Source of the DNA: Bacteroidota bacterium
Lineage (GTDB): Bacteria; Bacteroidota; Bacteroidia; Chitinophagales; Saprospiraceae
Length of the DNA stretch: 45,935 bases
Reading direction: 5' to 3'
NCBI GenBank assembly: GCA_038746215.1
Contig: JBCDKV010000001.1
Location: 1 to 45,935, forward strand
Positions 17,957 to 26,210 of this stretch are shown here, piece after piece. The notes under the pieces were generated by a model, which saw nothing but the letters and a program-made list of their open reading frames with translations, ran no database searches and had not been told where the DNA came from. Position 1 is the first letter of the stretch, and each line of letters begins with the position of its first letter. A program made the position numbers and the translations under genes.

Positions 17957-18644
17957 TGTAAAAAGAGACTTTGAAGAACGCGTAGAAGAGATAGAACTGT
18001 ATTTTGAGTTTATTGAAAATTTAGTTGAGAAAGATGCTAAACTGATATACCCTGATAAATCTGAAAAAGAGTTTGACGATGACTTGGTTAAAATATTCAA
18101 GGCCAATTCATTTCTTTTGCTATATAACCTATGCGAGTCTTGTATTCCTAATGCAGTTGAGGCAATTTATCTTAAAGTAAATACCGATGGAGTAAACTTT
18201 GATAAATTGCGCAGTGAATTTAAGATAGAAATTATAAAATTCTTAAAGTCAGCTAATAGTGCCAAGCCTAAAGATTTTGTTGGGAGGATAAACAATATAG
18301 CACAAGGAATAATCCTTGAGTGTTTTAAAAAGGAAAAATTATTCCCAGGAAATATTGATGCAGATAAGATAAGCGAATTAGCAAGGAAATATGGATTTTC
18401 TTCTTCTTGCACATTTGTTATTAATAGTGATGGAAGCCGCTCCAATATAAAACGGTCGAATCTTCGTACTGTTAGGAGAAAAAGAAACGAATTAGCGCAT
18501 GGAACTTACTCATTCAAGGAATGTGGAAAAGATTATACCATCCCCGATTTAATTGAGATTAAAAATCATGTTGTAGAGTATTTGCGCCAAATATTGAACA
18601 ATATAGAACAATACATCATCAACCAAGAGTACTTAGTTTCATAA
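17949..18644 (+). CDS. HEPN-domain protein (resembles the MAE_28990/MAE_18760-type HEPN nucleases that accompany DUF262 genes)
   Basis: All-helical 231-aa protein with an Rx4H motif in RRKRNELAHG (R-N-E-L-A-H, polar residue after R) near the C-terminal third. Its ATG overlaps the DUF262 stop by 8 nt (ATGATTGA). Confidence 0.65.
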   Translation: MIDVKRDFEERVEEIELYFEFIENLVEKDAKLIYPDKSEKEFDDDLVKIFKANSFLLLYNLCESCIPNAVEAIYLKVNTDGVNFDKLRSEFKIEIIKFLKSANSAKPKDFVGRINNIAQGIILECFKKEKLFPGNIDADKISELARKYGFSSSCTFVINSDGSRSNIKRSNLRTVRRKRNELAHGTYSFKECGKDYTIPDLIEIKNHVVEYLRQILNNIEQYIINQEYLVS

Positions 18645-18752
18645 TAAAAATAGTCATAATATTTTTCTTGTTAATTGATTTTCTCTTGCAACCATAGAGC
18701 GAGGCTAGAACAGAAAAACTATCACTGCTAAGCAAAAAACAGCAACTAAAAT

Positions 18753-19040
18753 ATGAACTCGTCCAACATACTTAATCTATCCAAGCTGCCTACAAATGTC
18801 AGGCAACAACTAATAGATTATTACCAATATTTAGTAGAAAAATATACTATTGCTGAACAAGCACAAAACCAAGATACGACCTTTTTGCAGCAATTTGTAA
18901 AACCTATGCGTAAGCACACTGATATTAATGCTCTAGTCAAAGAGCAAAACTACTCGGGAGTAGATAAAGCCAAAGTTCAAAATATTGTAAAGGCCATAAA
19001 CATTCCACAAAGTACGGACGAACTACTAATGATGCTATGA
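18753..19040 (+). CDS. Putative antitoxin with DUF2281-like N-terminus
   Basis: KLPTNVRQQLIDYYQYLVEKY resembles the DUF2281 'LPxxxQxxvxDFxxFL' helix. Its stop overlaps the PIN gene start by 4 nt. Confidence 0.5.
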   Translation: MNSSNILNLSKLPTNVRQQLIDYYQYLVEKYTIAEQAQNQDTTFLQQFVKPMRKHTDINALVKEQNYSGVDKAKVQNIVKAINIPQSTDELLMML

Positions 19041-19480
19041 GATACCTTTTAGATATAGATATTCTATTGCTGTACTTGCGGGAAGACTCAACAGCTAAAG
19101 AGATCGAAGATCAATACCACATCTTAGAAAAAGAACATCTTGCTTTGATTTTGATAGTAAGCAAAGGTGAATTAAAAGCTTTGGCATTAAAAAATAAGTG
19201 GGGAAATCGTCGTATTGCTAAATTGGAAGAGTTTCTAAATCAATTTTTTATCATTGATATTAATGCCGAAGATATTATTGATCGATATGCCGAAATTGAT
19301 GCTTACAGTCAAGGTAAGTTAGATCGTTTGGCAAGTAATTTCACGGCAAGAAATATGGGTAAAAATGATATGTGGATTGCTGCAACAGCTTCTATAACAG
19401 AAGCTTCGTTGATTACAACAGATAAAGATTTCCACCATCTTCACAAAACCTTCATTGACTTAATCTATGTGAAGCGATAG
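19037..19480 (+). CDS. vapC: PIN-domain ribonuclease toxin (VapC-like)
   Basis: Acidic PIN residues sit in the expected positions: LLDIDIL near the N-terminus, NDMWIAATA, and LITTDKDF near the C-terminus. It is translationally coupled to the upstream small ORF. Confidence 0.75.
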   Translation: MRYLLDIDILLLYLREDSTAKEIEDQYHILEKEHLALILIVSKGELKALALKNKWGNRRIAKLEEFLNQFFIIDINAEDIIDRYAEIDAYSQGKLDRLASNFTARNMGKNDMWIAATASITEASLITTDKDFHHLHKTFIDLIYVKR

Positions 19481-19502
19481 CTTGACACAGCATATATCAC
19501 CT

Positions 19503-20951
19503 ATGAGACGCTCAATTCTACAACTACTCTCCAAACATACCTTCCAAAACCTTCTTAAAAGCAATAGCACCAAATGGCTCATCGGACTATTCAATGTCCT
19601 GCTACTCTTTGCCTTGCTAGCTGCCTATTCGAGTAGCTTAGAACAGGCGCATACCCTCGACCACTACAGCCAGGAGGTGCGAGAACGCTGGGAAAGTAAT
19701 CCTGATAAGCATCCGCATCGCATGGCGCACTATGGCTACGTGGCGTTTCGGCAAAAATATCCGTTGAGCTTCTTTGATTATGGGATGGATAGTTATTTGG
19801 GCAATGCCGTTTTCTTAGAAGCACATCGCCAGAATACCATCAACTTTTCGGAAGCCAGTCTTTCCAGTAGTCTATTGCGCTTCGGGGAAATTTCTGCTGC
19901 CTTGATTTTACAGTTGCTCGTACCCTTGCTGTTGTTTTTCTGGGGATTTTCACTGATCGCAAAAGAACGAGAACAGGGAACGCTACAGCTATTATTAGCG
20001 CAAGGAACGAGTTGGTCGGAGTTGATTATTGGTAAGACTTTGGGCTTATTCTACCTATCACTGATGCTTTTGCTGCCCAGTGTGGTAGTGGCTTTGGGCT
20101 TGCTCTTTTTCCATCCTTTATTCACGGAAACGCCCGATGTGGTGTTGAGTTTTGGGACGCTTGCGATGGGCTATCTGATCTATTTATTCATCATGTCTTT
20201 ATTGGCGGTTTGGATTTCTGCTACTTGCCAAACTTCTAAAACGGCTTTGATTCAATTGATTGGTTGTTGGCTATTTTTTACTTTGATGTTGCCTAAATTG
20301 GCGCAGGTGACGGGACAAGTTTTCTATCCTTCACCTTCCAAAATTGAGTTTGACACCGCCGTGGAAGAGGAACTCATCGAACAAGGTGATAGCCACGATC
20401 CAAACGATCCACATTTCAAGGGACTGAAAGATTCGCTACTTGCGGTTTATCAGGTCAGTTCCACCGATGAATTGCCGTTCAATTTTAGTGGTTACGTCAT
20501 GCGAGAAGGCGAACGGATGAGTACCGAAACGTTCCGTCGTCATCAGCTTCAATTGATGGAACGCTACCAGCAGCAACAAAATTTAATCCGTTGGACGGCT
20601 TTGATTAATCCTTACATCGCCATCAAAAATTTATCTATGGCAATGTCGGGGACGGACTTCCTTGCCTATCGAAATTTCCAAGATCAGACGGAGGCATACC
20701 GCTACGATTTGGCGCAAACCATGAATGAATTGCAGATCAAATACGTCAGCAATAACACCAGTAGTTCGGCGGATAAAAAATCGAGAATTAGCCAGCAACA
20801 TTGGAAGGATTTTCCAGATTTCCAATACCAATTTCTATCTTTCAAAAGCATCTTTCAGCACGAAATCCTATCGCTATTTTCTTTGCTGCTTTGGCTGGCT
20901 GGACTACTTTGCTTAGCTAATTTTTCTACCCAAAACTTAAAAGCCTTTTAA
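19503..20951 (+). CDS. DUF3526-family ABC-2-like membrane permease
   Basis: Multi-TM protein with the KEREQGTLQLLLAQG motif typical of ABC-2/DUF3526 permeases. The ATG at 19503 (MRRSILQLL) is preferred to the TTG at 19482. It is followed 1 nt later by a paralogue. Confidence 0.7.
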   Translation: MRRSILQLLSKHTFQNLLKSNSTKWLIGLFNVLLLFALLAAYSSSLEQAHTLDHYSQEVRERWESNPDKHPHRMAHYGYVAFRQKYPLSFFDYGMDSYLGNAVFLEAHRQNTINFSEASLSSSLLRFGEISAALILQLLVPLLLFFWGFSLIAKEREQGTLQLLLAQGTSWSELIIGKTLGLFYLSLMLLLPSVVVALGLLFFHPLFTETPDVVLSFGTLAMGYLIYLFIMSLLAVWISATCQTSKTALIQLIGCWLFFTLMLPKLAQVTGQVFYPSPSKIEFDTAVEEELIEQGDSHDPNDPHFKGLKDSLLAVYQVSSTDELPFNFSGYVMREGERMSTETFRRHQLQLMERYQQQQNLIRWTALINPYIAIKNLSMAMSGTDFLAYRNFQDQTEAYRYDLAQTMNELQIKYVSNNTSSSADKKSRISQQHWKDFPDFQYQFLSFKSIFQHEILSLFSLLLWLAGLLCLANFSTQNLKAF

Positions 20952-20952
20952 C

Positions 20953-22302
20953 ATGACGCAATTATTAATCACCAATTTTCTGCGCTCCAAAGGCTTGATG
21001 ATTGGTCTTTTGCTGATTTTTCTTACTGGTTTAGTGAGCTTACACATTGGCAAAGTTTTCCTAGCCCAACAAGCGGATATTGCTGTCAAAACAGCGCATT
21101 ATCAAACAGAACACCATCGCCAACACCTGACCTACGAACACGGAGAAATGGGCTTACTGCTCTACTACATCCGATTTGGCTTAGCGAATGAAATACCCAA
21201 CATTGCGGGACTTTCCATTGGGCATCGAGATATTCATCCCAACGTCCAACTGGTCAATATTCGGAATCTGGAAGAGCAGAAACACGCTACGGAACTCAGG
21301 AATCCGCTCTATCAATTGTTGGGCAATTTGGATTTTAGTTTTGTATTGATCTACCTTTTTCCACTCATCATTATTGCCTTTTGCTTCAATCTACTATCAG
21401 AAGAAAAAGAAGGCGGTACGTGGACATTAGTGCTCAGCCAAGCCCCTCAGCCACTGACCATTATCAGTACCAAATTATGGATTCGCCTAGCTAGCATCTT
21501 AGCCGTTCTATTCAGCTTGCTAGCCATTGGAAAGGTGTATCTCGCGATTCCACTTGATACCGCTTTCTTTGCTTTCACCTTGGTCGCTGTGCTATATGTC
21601 TTATTTTGGTTTGCACTAGCTTGGTTTGTGGTGAGTTTACAAAAATCATCCAGTCAAAATGCGCTCTCCCTACTCTTAGCTTGGGTATTGTTGACCATCA
21701 TTCTGCCCGCCTCCATCAATGCTTTAGTTATCAATCTGTATCCTGTTCCCGAAGCGTATAGCACCGTCATAGAAAGCAGAGACGGCTACCACAACAAATG
21801 GGATTTACCCAAAGCACCGACCATTCAAAAATTCAAGGAACACTATCTACAATTTGCACAATATGAACATCCGGCAGGGCAAAGTTTCGGTTGGTTTTGG
21901 TACTACGCCATGCAGCAAATGGGAGACGACGAAGCGGCAGCATCCAACAAAGCGATGAAAGAAAAACTGCAAAAAAGAGATCAAATCAGCCGGACTATTG
22001 CCTATTTTTTCCCCAGTCTGCACACCCAATTTTCTCTCAATGCGCTGAGCCAATCTGATATGCGCAACTACCTACATTTTATAGAGCAATTGGAAGCCTT
22101 CCACGAAGACAAACGCTTATATTTTTATCCTAAAATTTTTGAAGAAACGCCCATCGAGGAGGAGAATTGGGCGCAATTTACTTTAGAGTATGCCGAGAGG
22201 GATCGGAAGGTGGAATGGTTCAAGCAGCTTCTGCCCTTGGGTTTGGTGAGTTTGTTGTTGGTGTTTTTGGCGCGGGGGAGATGGTCGACGATGAGAATGT
22301 AG
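20953..22302 (+). CDS. DUF3526-family ABC-2-like membrane permease (second paralogue)
   Basis: MTQLLITNFLRSKGLMIGLLLIFLTGLVSLHIGK, GLLLYYIRFGLANEIPNIAGLSIGHRD and SEEKEGGTWTLVLSQ match my recollection of DUF3526 proteins. Confidence 0.75.
   Translation: MTQLLITNFLRSKGLMIGLLLIFLTGLVSLHIGKVFLAQQADIAVKTAHYQTEHHRQHLTYEHGEMGLLLYYIRFGLANEIPNIAGLSIGHRDIHPNVQLVNIRNLEEQKHATELRNPLYQLLGNLDFSFVLIYLFPLIIIAFCFNLLSEEKEGGTWTLVLSQAPQPLTIISTKLWIRLASILAVLFSLLAIGKVYLAIPLDTAFFAFTLVAVLYVLFWFALAWFVVSLQKSSSQNALSLLLAWVLLTIILPASINALVINLYPVPEAYSTVIESRDGYHNKWDLPKAPTIQKFKEHYLQFAQYEHPAGQSFGWFWYYAMQQMGDDEAAASNKAMKEKLQKRDQISRTIAYFFPSLHTQFSLNALSQSDMRNYLHFIEQLEAFHEDKRLYFYPKIFEETPIEEENWAQFTLEYAERDRKVEWFKQLLPLGLVSLLLVFLARGRWSTMRM
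22202..22284 (+). repeat. Direct repeat, left copy (functional 3' end of the DUF3526 gene)
   Basis: Aligns with 26059-26140 with about 6 substitutions and one 1-nt indel (ATCGGAAGGTGGA.TGGTTCAA.CAGCTT.TGCCCTTGGGTT...GGCGCGGGGGAGATGG). Confidence 0.85.
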
Positions 22303-22333
22303 TAAGTATTTGATTTACCAGCTTTCTCCAAAT

Positions 22334-23395
22334 TTACCTACTTAATTCATAGACTTTGTACCAATAGAAAAAAGCTTCTGGATTTGATTTTTTGAGTTTG
22401 TTCAGGCGAGTGTAGAAGGGTTGTTCAATTATCCAATCTTTTATTCGCATGGGATTATCATACCTTCCAAAAGTTACTTTTCCTTGTTCGATCAATTTAG
22501 ATAGATAAGCTGCTTTAGCGGCATCAGCAATGGCTCGTTCAATATGATAGCTTTCTGAAAAAATGAAGGCTTTAACTTGAGAAATACCTTGTTGTAAGGC
22601 TTGAAAATTCGCAGTTCCTTCTTTTCCACGAGTTGAAATAGTCAGCGCAGTTTGGAATATGTCATCTAGGACAAATTTGTAATCTTGTTCTATTGCTCTG
22701 TAATGTAACTCTGTTTCAGTAAATTTTTTGAAAGTAGTTGTTGTGATCTCTAAATTGGTAATTTGATCGAAGATTGTACCAATATCAAACAGTTGTTTGA
22801 TGATTTCCATTGCACTACTTTGCCCCCTTTTCAGATAAGGAATGCCTGTTGTTTCAGGAGCAAATGCAGTGAGTTTATCTCCCAGTATATCTTCAAAGGA
22901 AGGTACAAGAACAGCTAATGTACGCCCTTCCTGCAATACAAAATTTGAGTCAATAGCAATTGATTTAAGCTGTTGATATTGTACTTTCTCAAATAAGATG
23001 TCCAATAAAATATTATCTTCTGATCTACCACTGTGATAAGTAGGAGCGTAGTAAAATTTGTAGTGTGCTTTTTCTAGTTTTGATTTTACCTTTCGTTCAT
23101 GTAGTTCTACTCTCGTGAATCCTTTTGAGGTAGCTAATGCTTCTAATTTAGGAGCTAATTGGACGTTTAAAGTCTGGATAATAATATCAACATCAATGGA
23201 TAGCCTTTTGGTAGAATCAAACATTAGCATCAAAGAAGTACCCCCTTTAAAAACAAAGTCTATGTTCATTTCCACTAAACCTTCTAGCAATAGTAACGCC
23301 CTGATTACTTTCTCTACCAGCGCAGGATCAGCTTTTTTATTTTTTGCAGCAATCGTCCTAATCCAAGCTGCCTTTAAAGACTTTTCACTTATCAT
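22334..23395 (-). CDS. abiEii: Nucleotidyltransferase AbiEii/AbiGii-family toxin (DUF1814)
   Basis: N-terminal FVFKGGTSLMLMF...RLSIDVDII matches the AbiEii FKGGTAL / S.DIDL nucleotidyltransferase core. It lies directly downstream of an AbiEi-like gene. Confidence 0.8.
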   Translation of the reverse strand: MISEKSLKAAWIRTIAAKNKKADPALVEKVIRALLLLEGLVEMNIDFVFKGGTSLMLMFDSTKRLSIDVDIIIQTLNVQLAPKLEALATSKGFTRVELHERKVKSKLEKAHYKFYYAPTYHSGRSEDNILLDILFEKVQYQQLKSIAIDSNFVLQEGRTLAVLVPSFEDILGDKLTAFAPETTGIPYLKRGQSSAMEIIKQLFDIGTIFDQITNLEITTTTFKKFTETELHYRAIEQDYKFVLDDIFQTALTISTRGKEGTANFQALQQGISQVKAFIFSESYHIERAIADAAKAAYLSKLIEQGKVTFGRYDNPMRIKDWIIEQPFYTRLNKLKKSNPEAFFYWYKVYELSR

Positions 23396-23413
23396 TATGG
23401 CATTTTTTTGAAT

Positions 23414-24124
23414 TTAGTGCCGATTTATAGCACTAAGTATTTCCTGAATTTTAGCTTTTTTCTTGCGCCTAGAAGCGTATCGAAATAGAGTACTCCGATT
23501 GACGGTGTACTTTTCAAGTGCTCGTTGAAAAATATTGATTAATTCGTAGCCCTGATAGAAATAAAATAAAGCTTTGTAAGAAACTAGGTCAACCAGTAGT
23601 TTTTCTATGCTAGTGCTAGGCAAATCTTTGATAAGTTGTGTAGGAGCTTCTGACACCAAATTTTGGATAATAATAGGGTTCGCTATGTCCAGAAGATAAT
23701 TTTCTACTGCATCTTTGGTGGGTTTTAGGTAAACATGCTTATGATTTGCTTTGAGATGTTGAAATACTGCCTCTAAACTATCTCTATCGGTCTCCACAAT
23801 AATAAAATGATTCTGAGCTTGATGAATGGATAGTTCTTGAATAATATTGGAGTTCCAGATACAGTAGTCAAGAAATGGAAAACCTTGCTTTAATTCTTTA
23901 CTGATCTTTAACTCTTTCCTTTTCGGCAGTGGTTTAAATGTTTTTGGAGCGCCCACTATGAACCTCCCTCTCCCGATTCTACTAATTTTTCCTGATTGCA
24001 CAAGTTGGTATATTCTCCAATTGACAGTACTCTTGGAAATCTCTTTTTCTTTTTCAGCATAGAAGTTGTAGATTTCTTTATTGGTAAAGAAATTGTGATC
24101 TTTAAAACGATGAGCTATGCTCAC
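23414..24124 (-). CDS. abiEi: AbiEi-like antitoxin/transcriptional regulator (winged HTH, DUF6577-like)
   Basis: The N-terminal wHTH STVNWRIYQLVQSGKISRIGRGRFIVG is typical of AbiEi-family antitoxins. It lies 18 nt upstream of AbiEii on the same strand. Confidence 0.7.
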   Translation of the reverse strand: MSIAHRFKDHNFFTNKEIYNFYAEKEKEISKSTVNWRIYQLVQSGKISRIGRGRFIVGAPKTFKPLPKRKELKISKELKQGFPFLDYCIWNSNIIQELSIHQAQNHFIIVETDRDSLEAVFQHLKANHKHVYLKPTKDAVENYLLDIANPIIIQNLVSEAPTQLIKDLPSTSIEKLLVDLVSYKALFYFYQGYELINIFQRALEKYTVNRSTLFRYASRRKKKAKIQEILSAINRH

Positions 24125-24490
24125 TATTTGTAGTTTATTTCCGATATGAGGATTGTTTTATTGAAAATCAAATTTATGGCAATAAAACAGATTAATTGCC
24201 GAAATGTTGAGGCGTGTATATCTTGTAAATTATTTTAAAAGATTAAGCGATTTGGTAAGTTGCTTATTCCAAATAATTATGAAAGTTGTGAGTTTTTAGG
24301 ACTTCACAGGTGAGAAAAATAGTCCATGCTCGCATACTACCCCACAATAAAACGAAACGTTAACTGCAACATTTTTTATTGTATGTTCATCAAAGTGAAA
24401 GGATGCCTGTCCGCCTTTTATACTAGGAGCGGCATACTTTGTGCGCGAACAGGAGTGGATGGTCGTTGGTGTAATGAAGTCATAGCTTGA

Positions 24491-25135
24491 TTATTTACCA
24501 ATCAAGGTGAATTCAGATAATTTCAGCTCAAAATCTGGCAGAACATCTTCTCCTGAAAGTATTCCATCAAAATTCTTAATGACATCTACACTTTCATCTT
24601 CGCGATAGATGTAGGCTCTTTCTTTATAGGGATCAATCAACCAAGCCAAACGGACGCCATTGGTGATCCATTTATTTTGCATTTTCTTTTTTAGTTTTTT
24701 GAGTGAATCTGAAGCGGAGCGCAATTCCACCACAAAATCTGGAACAGCAGGCAAAAACCTTTTTTCGATGTCCTCTGGTGTTAAATTAGATAATCTTTCT
24801 GCACTGATCCAAGAAGCATCTGGACTTCTTGTAGAACCATCGGGCAGATCATACCCTATTTGAGAACTCCCCACTTGTCCTTGTCCATAGGCTTCACACC
24901 AATTTCCTACTCTACGAATAAGCAAACCTTCTCTAAAACCACTTCCACCAAATACTGGAGACATAATTGTTATTTTTCCTTTTTCATCGCGTTCCATCAG
25001 CAATTCTGGGTAAGTACCACAAAGGCTGATAAAAGCTGCTTTATCCAAACCTTTTACCACTAAGGTTCCACCCAATTGCTCAATTAATTGAATCATACCA
25101 ATATCTTGAACACCTTTCTCTAATACTGCTGTCAT
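24491..25135 (-). CDS. Uma2-family (DUF820, PD-(D/E)xK-like) endonuclease
   Basis: Contains ...SPDASWI... and PDFVVELRSASD, the conserved Uma2 D...(D/E)xK-like block. Confidence 0.75.
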   Translation of the reverse strand: MTAVLEKGVQDIGMIQLIEQLGGTLVVKGLDKAAFISLCGTYPELLMERDEKGKITIMSPVFGGSGFREGLLIRRVGNWCEAYGQGQVGSSQIGYDLPDGSTRSPDASWISAERLSNLTPEDIEKRFLPAVPDFVVELRSASDSLKKLKKKMQNKWITNGVRLAWLIDPYKERAYIYREDESVDVIKNFDGILSGEDVLPDFELKLSEFTLIGK

Positions 25136-25404
25136 TAGATTTGAATTTCAATTGCCAAAAAATATTGCACTTTCAAAAGTAGACGATTCGTTTTTAAAAA
25201 GCAAGTTTGATTTATTAGGAATTTGGCTTGTGGAAGTCTACTAAAATATAGAGAAGATCATCTGATCGCCCACTATATCAAAATAAATCCATAATACTCG
25301 CGACAAAATACGCAGACAAAGGCATCAGACTCCAGTCCGAAACAGCTTGTTGACAAGGAAACAACATGCAATGCTAAGAAGGAATTGCTCCAATTCCAAA
25401 ACCC

Positions 25405-25941
25405 TTACCCAAAAACCAGCACCTCTTTCACTTTCTCCCCTTCTTGAATCTTTTGCTCCAAATCAGTTCTGATAGCATGCTCTAACTCTCGGGCGTGTAA
25501 TTTCCACCAAAAATGAGCAGGTATTTCACCATTACTGTGTTTTTCTAAACGATACATCAGTGCGGTATTTGGATTCTCTTTTCCATTCGCGATACGGCTT
25601 AAAGTGGTAGGATGTATGCCGATATTATCCGCAAAGTCTTTGTTATTTTTCTTAGAAAGGCGAATATAGTTTTTCAATTGACTCGAAAAGCTAAATGGTG
25701 CTTCAAAGCCTTTTCTTTTGAAATAGTCTTGCAACCGAAGCTTGAATTTCATCAAATTTCCAAATAATATTTCAGCTTCGCTCATGTTTTTGAGTCGTTC
25801 CAACCTTATTTTTCTGAACGCTTCGTCCACGGTCTTCTGCTCTTCAGGCGTCAATGTCTCATTGAAAACAAAGCTTTCTACAATTTCCTCGTCGGTATAT
25901 TTTTTATTCAGTTCTTGATAGATTCGATCACTCTTCTTCAT
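25405..25941 (-). CDS. XRE-family HTH protein (antitoxin-like)
   Basis: HTH DFADNIGIHPTTLSRIANGKENP in the C-terminal half. Its start overlaps the end of an upstream truncated ORF by 14 nt. Confidence 0.7.
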   Translation of the reverse strand: MKKSDRIYQELNKKYTDEEIVESFVFNETLTPEEQKTVDEAFRKIRLERLKNMSEAEILFGNLMKFKLRLQDYFKRKGFEAPFSFSSQLKNYIRLSKKNNKDFADNIGIHPTTLSRIANGKENPNTALMYRLEKHSNGEIPAHFWWKLHARELEHAIRTDLEQKIQEGEKVKEVLVFG

Positions 25942-26057
25942 CTGTTAAGTATTTATCAATCAAAGCCTTAGAAGACGCTTGCTCTACGGCTAGCAATCTT
26001 CCATATTGACGAAATCCATAGTTATCTGATCGAAGTTGCAAACTTCGATCATCGGAA
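25928..26057 (-). pseudogene. 3' stub of a small gene (possible toxin partner of the XRE protein), truncated at the islet junction
   Basis: The open frame ..SDDRSLQLRSDNYGFRQYGRLLAVEQASSKALIDKYLTDEEE has no start codon inside the islet. The rest of track ORF 25928..26143 is antisense to the duplicated DUF3526 3' end. Confidence 0.35.
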
Positions 26058-26058
26058 A

Positions 26059-26140
26059 ATCGGAAGGTGGAGTGGTTCAAACAGCTTTTGCCCTTGGGTT
26101 TCGTGAGTTTATTGTTGATGTTTTGGCGCGGGGGAGATGG
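26059..26140 (+). repeat. Direct repeat, right copy (decayed, frame-shifted DUF3526 3' end)
   Basis: See 22202-22284. This copy has no upstream DUF3526 coding sequence and carries a 1-nt deletion relative to the functional copy. Confidence 0.85.
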
Positions 26141-26210
26141 CAACTCTCGATTTAGTAGTAGTAGCAGAACAAAACCTACTCGGTCAAAATGAGAAACTTA
26201 TTTTTTTCCG

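Noticed and set aside
22303-26058. Search for an integrase/transposase that could explain the islets and repeats
   Set aside because: No ORF in the islets or elsewhere in the window shows tyrosine/serine recombinase, DDE or Y1 transposase motifs that I can recognise. I therefore did not call any autonomous mobile element.
25928-26143. 71-aa ORF taken at face value as an intact toxin gene
   Set aside because: Its N-terminal half is the antisense of the duplicated DUF3526 3' end (it mirrors ORF 22125..22331). Only the C-terminal ~43 codons may be a genuine gene remnant.
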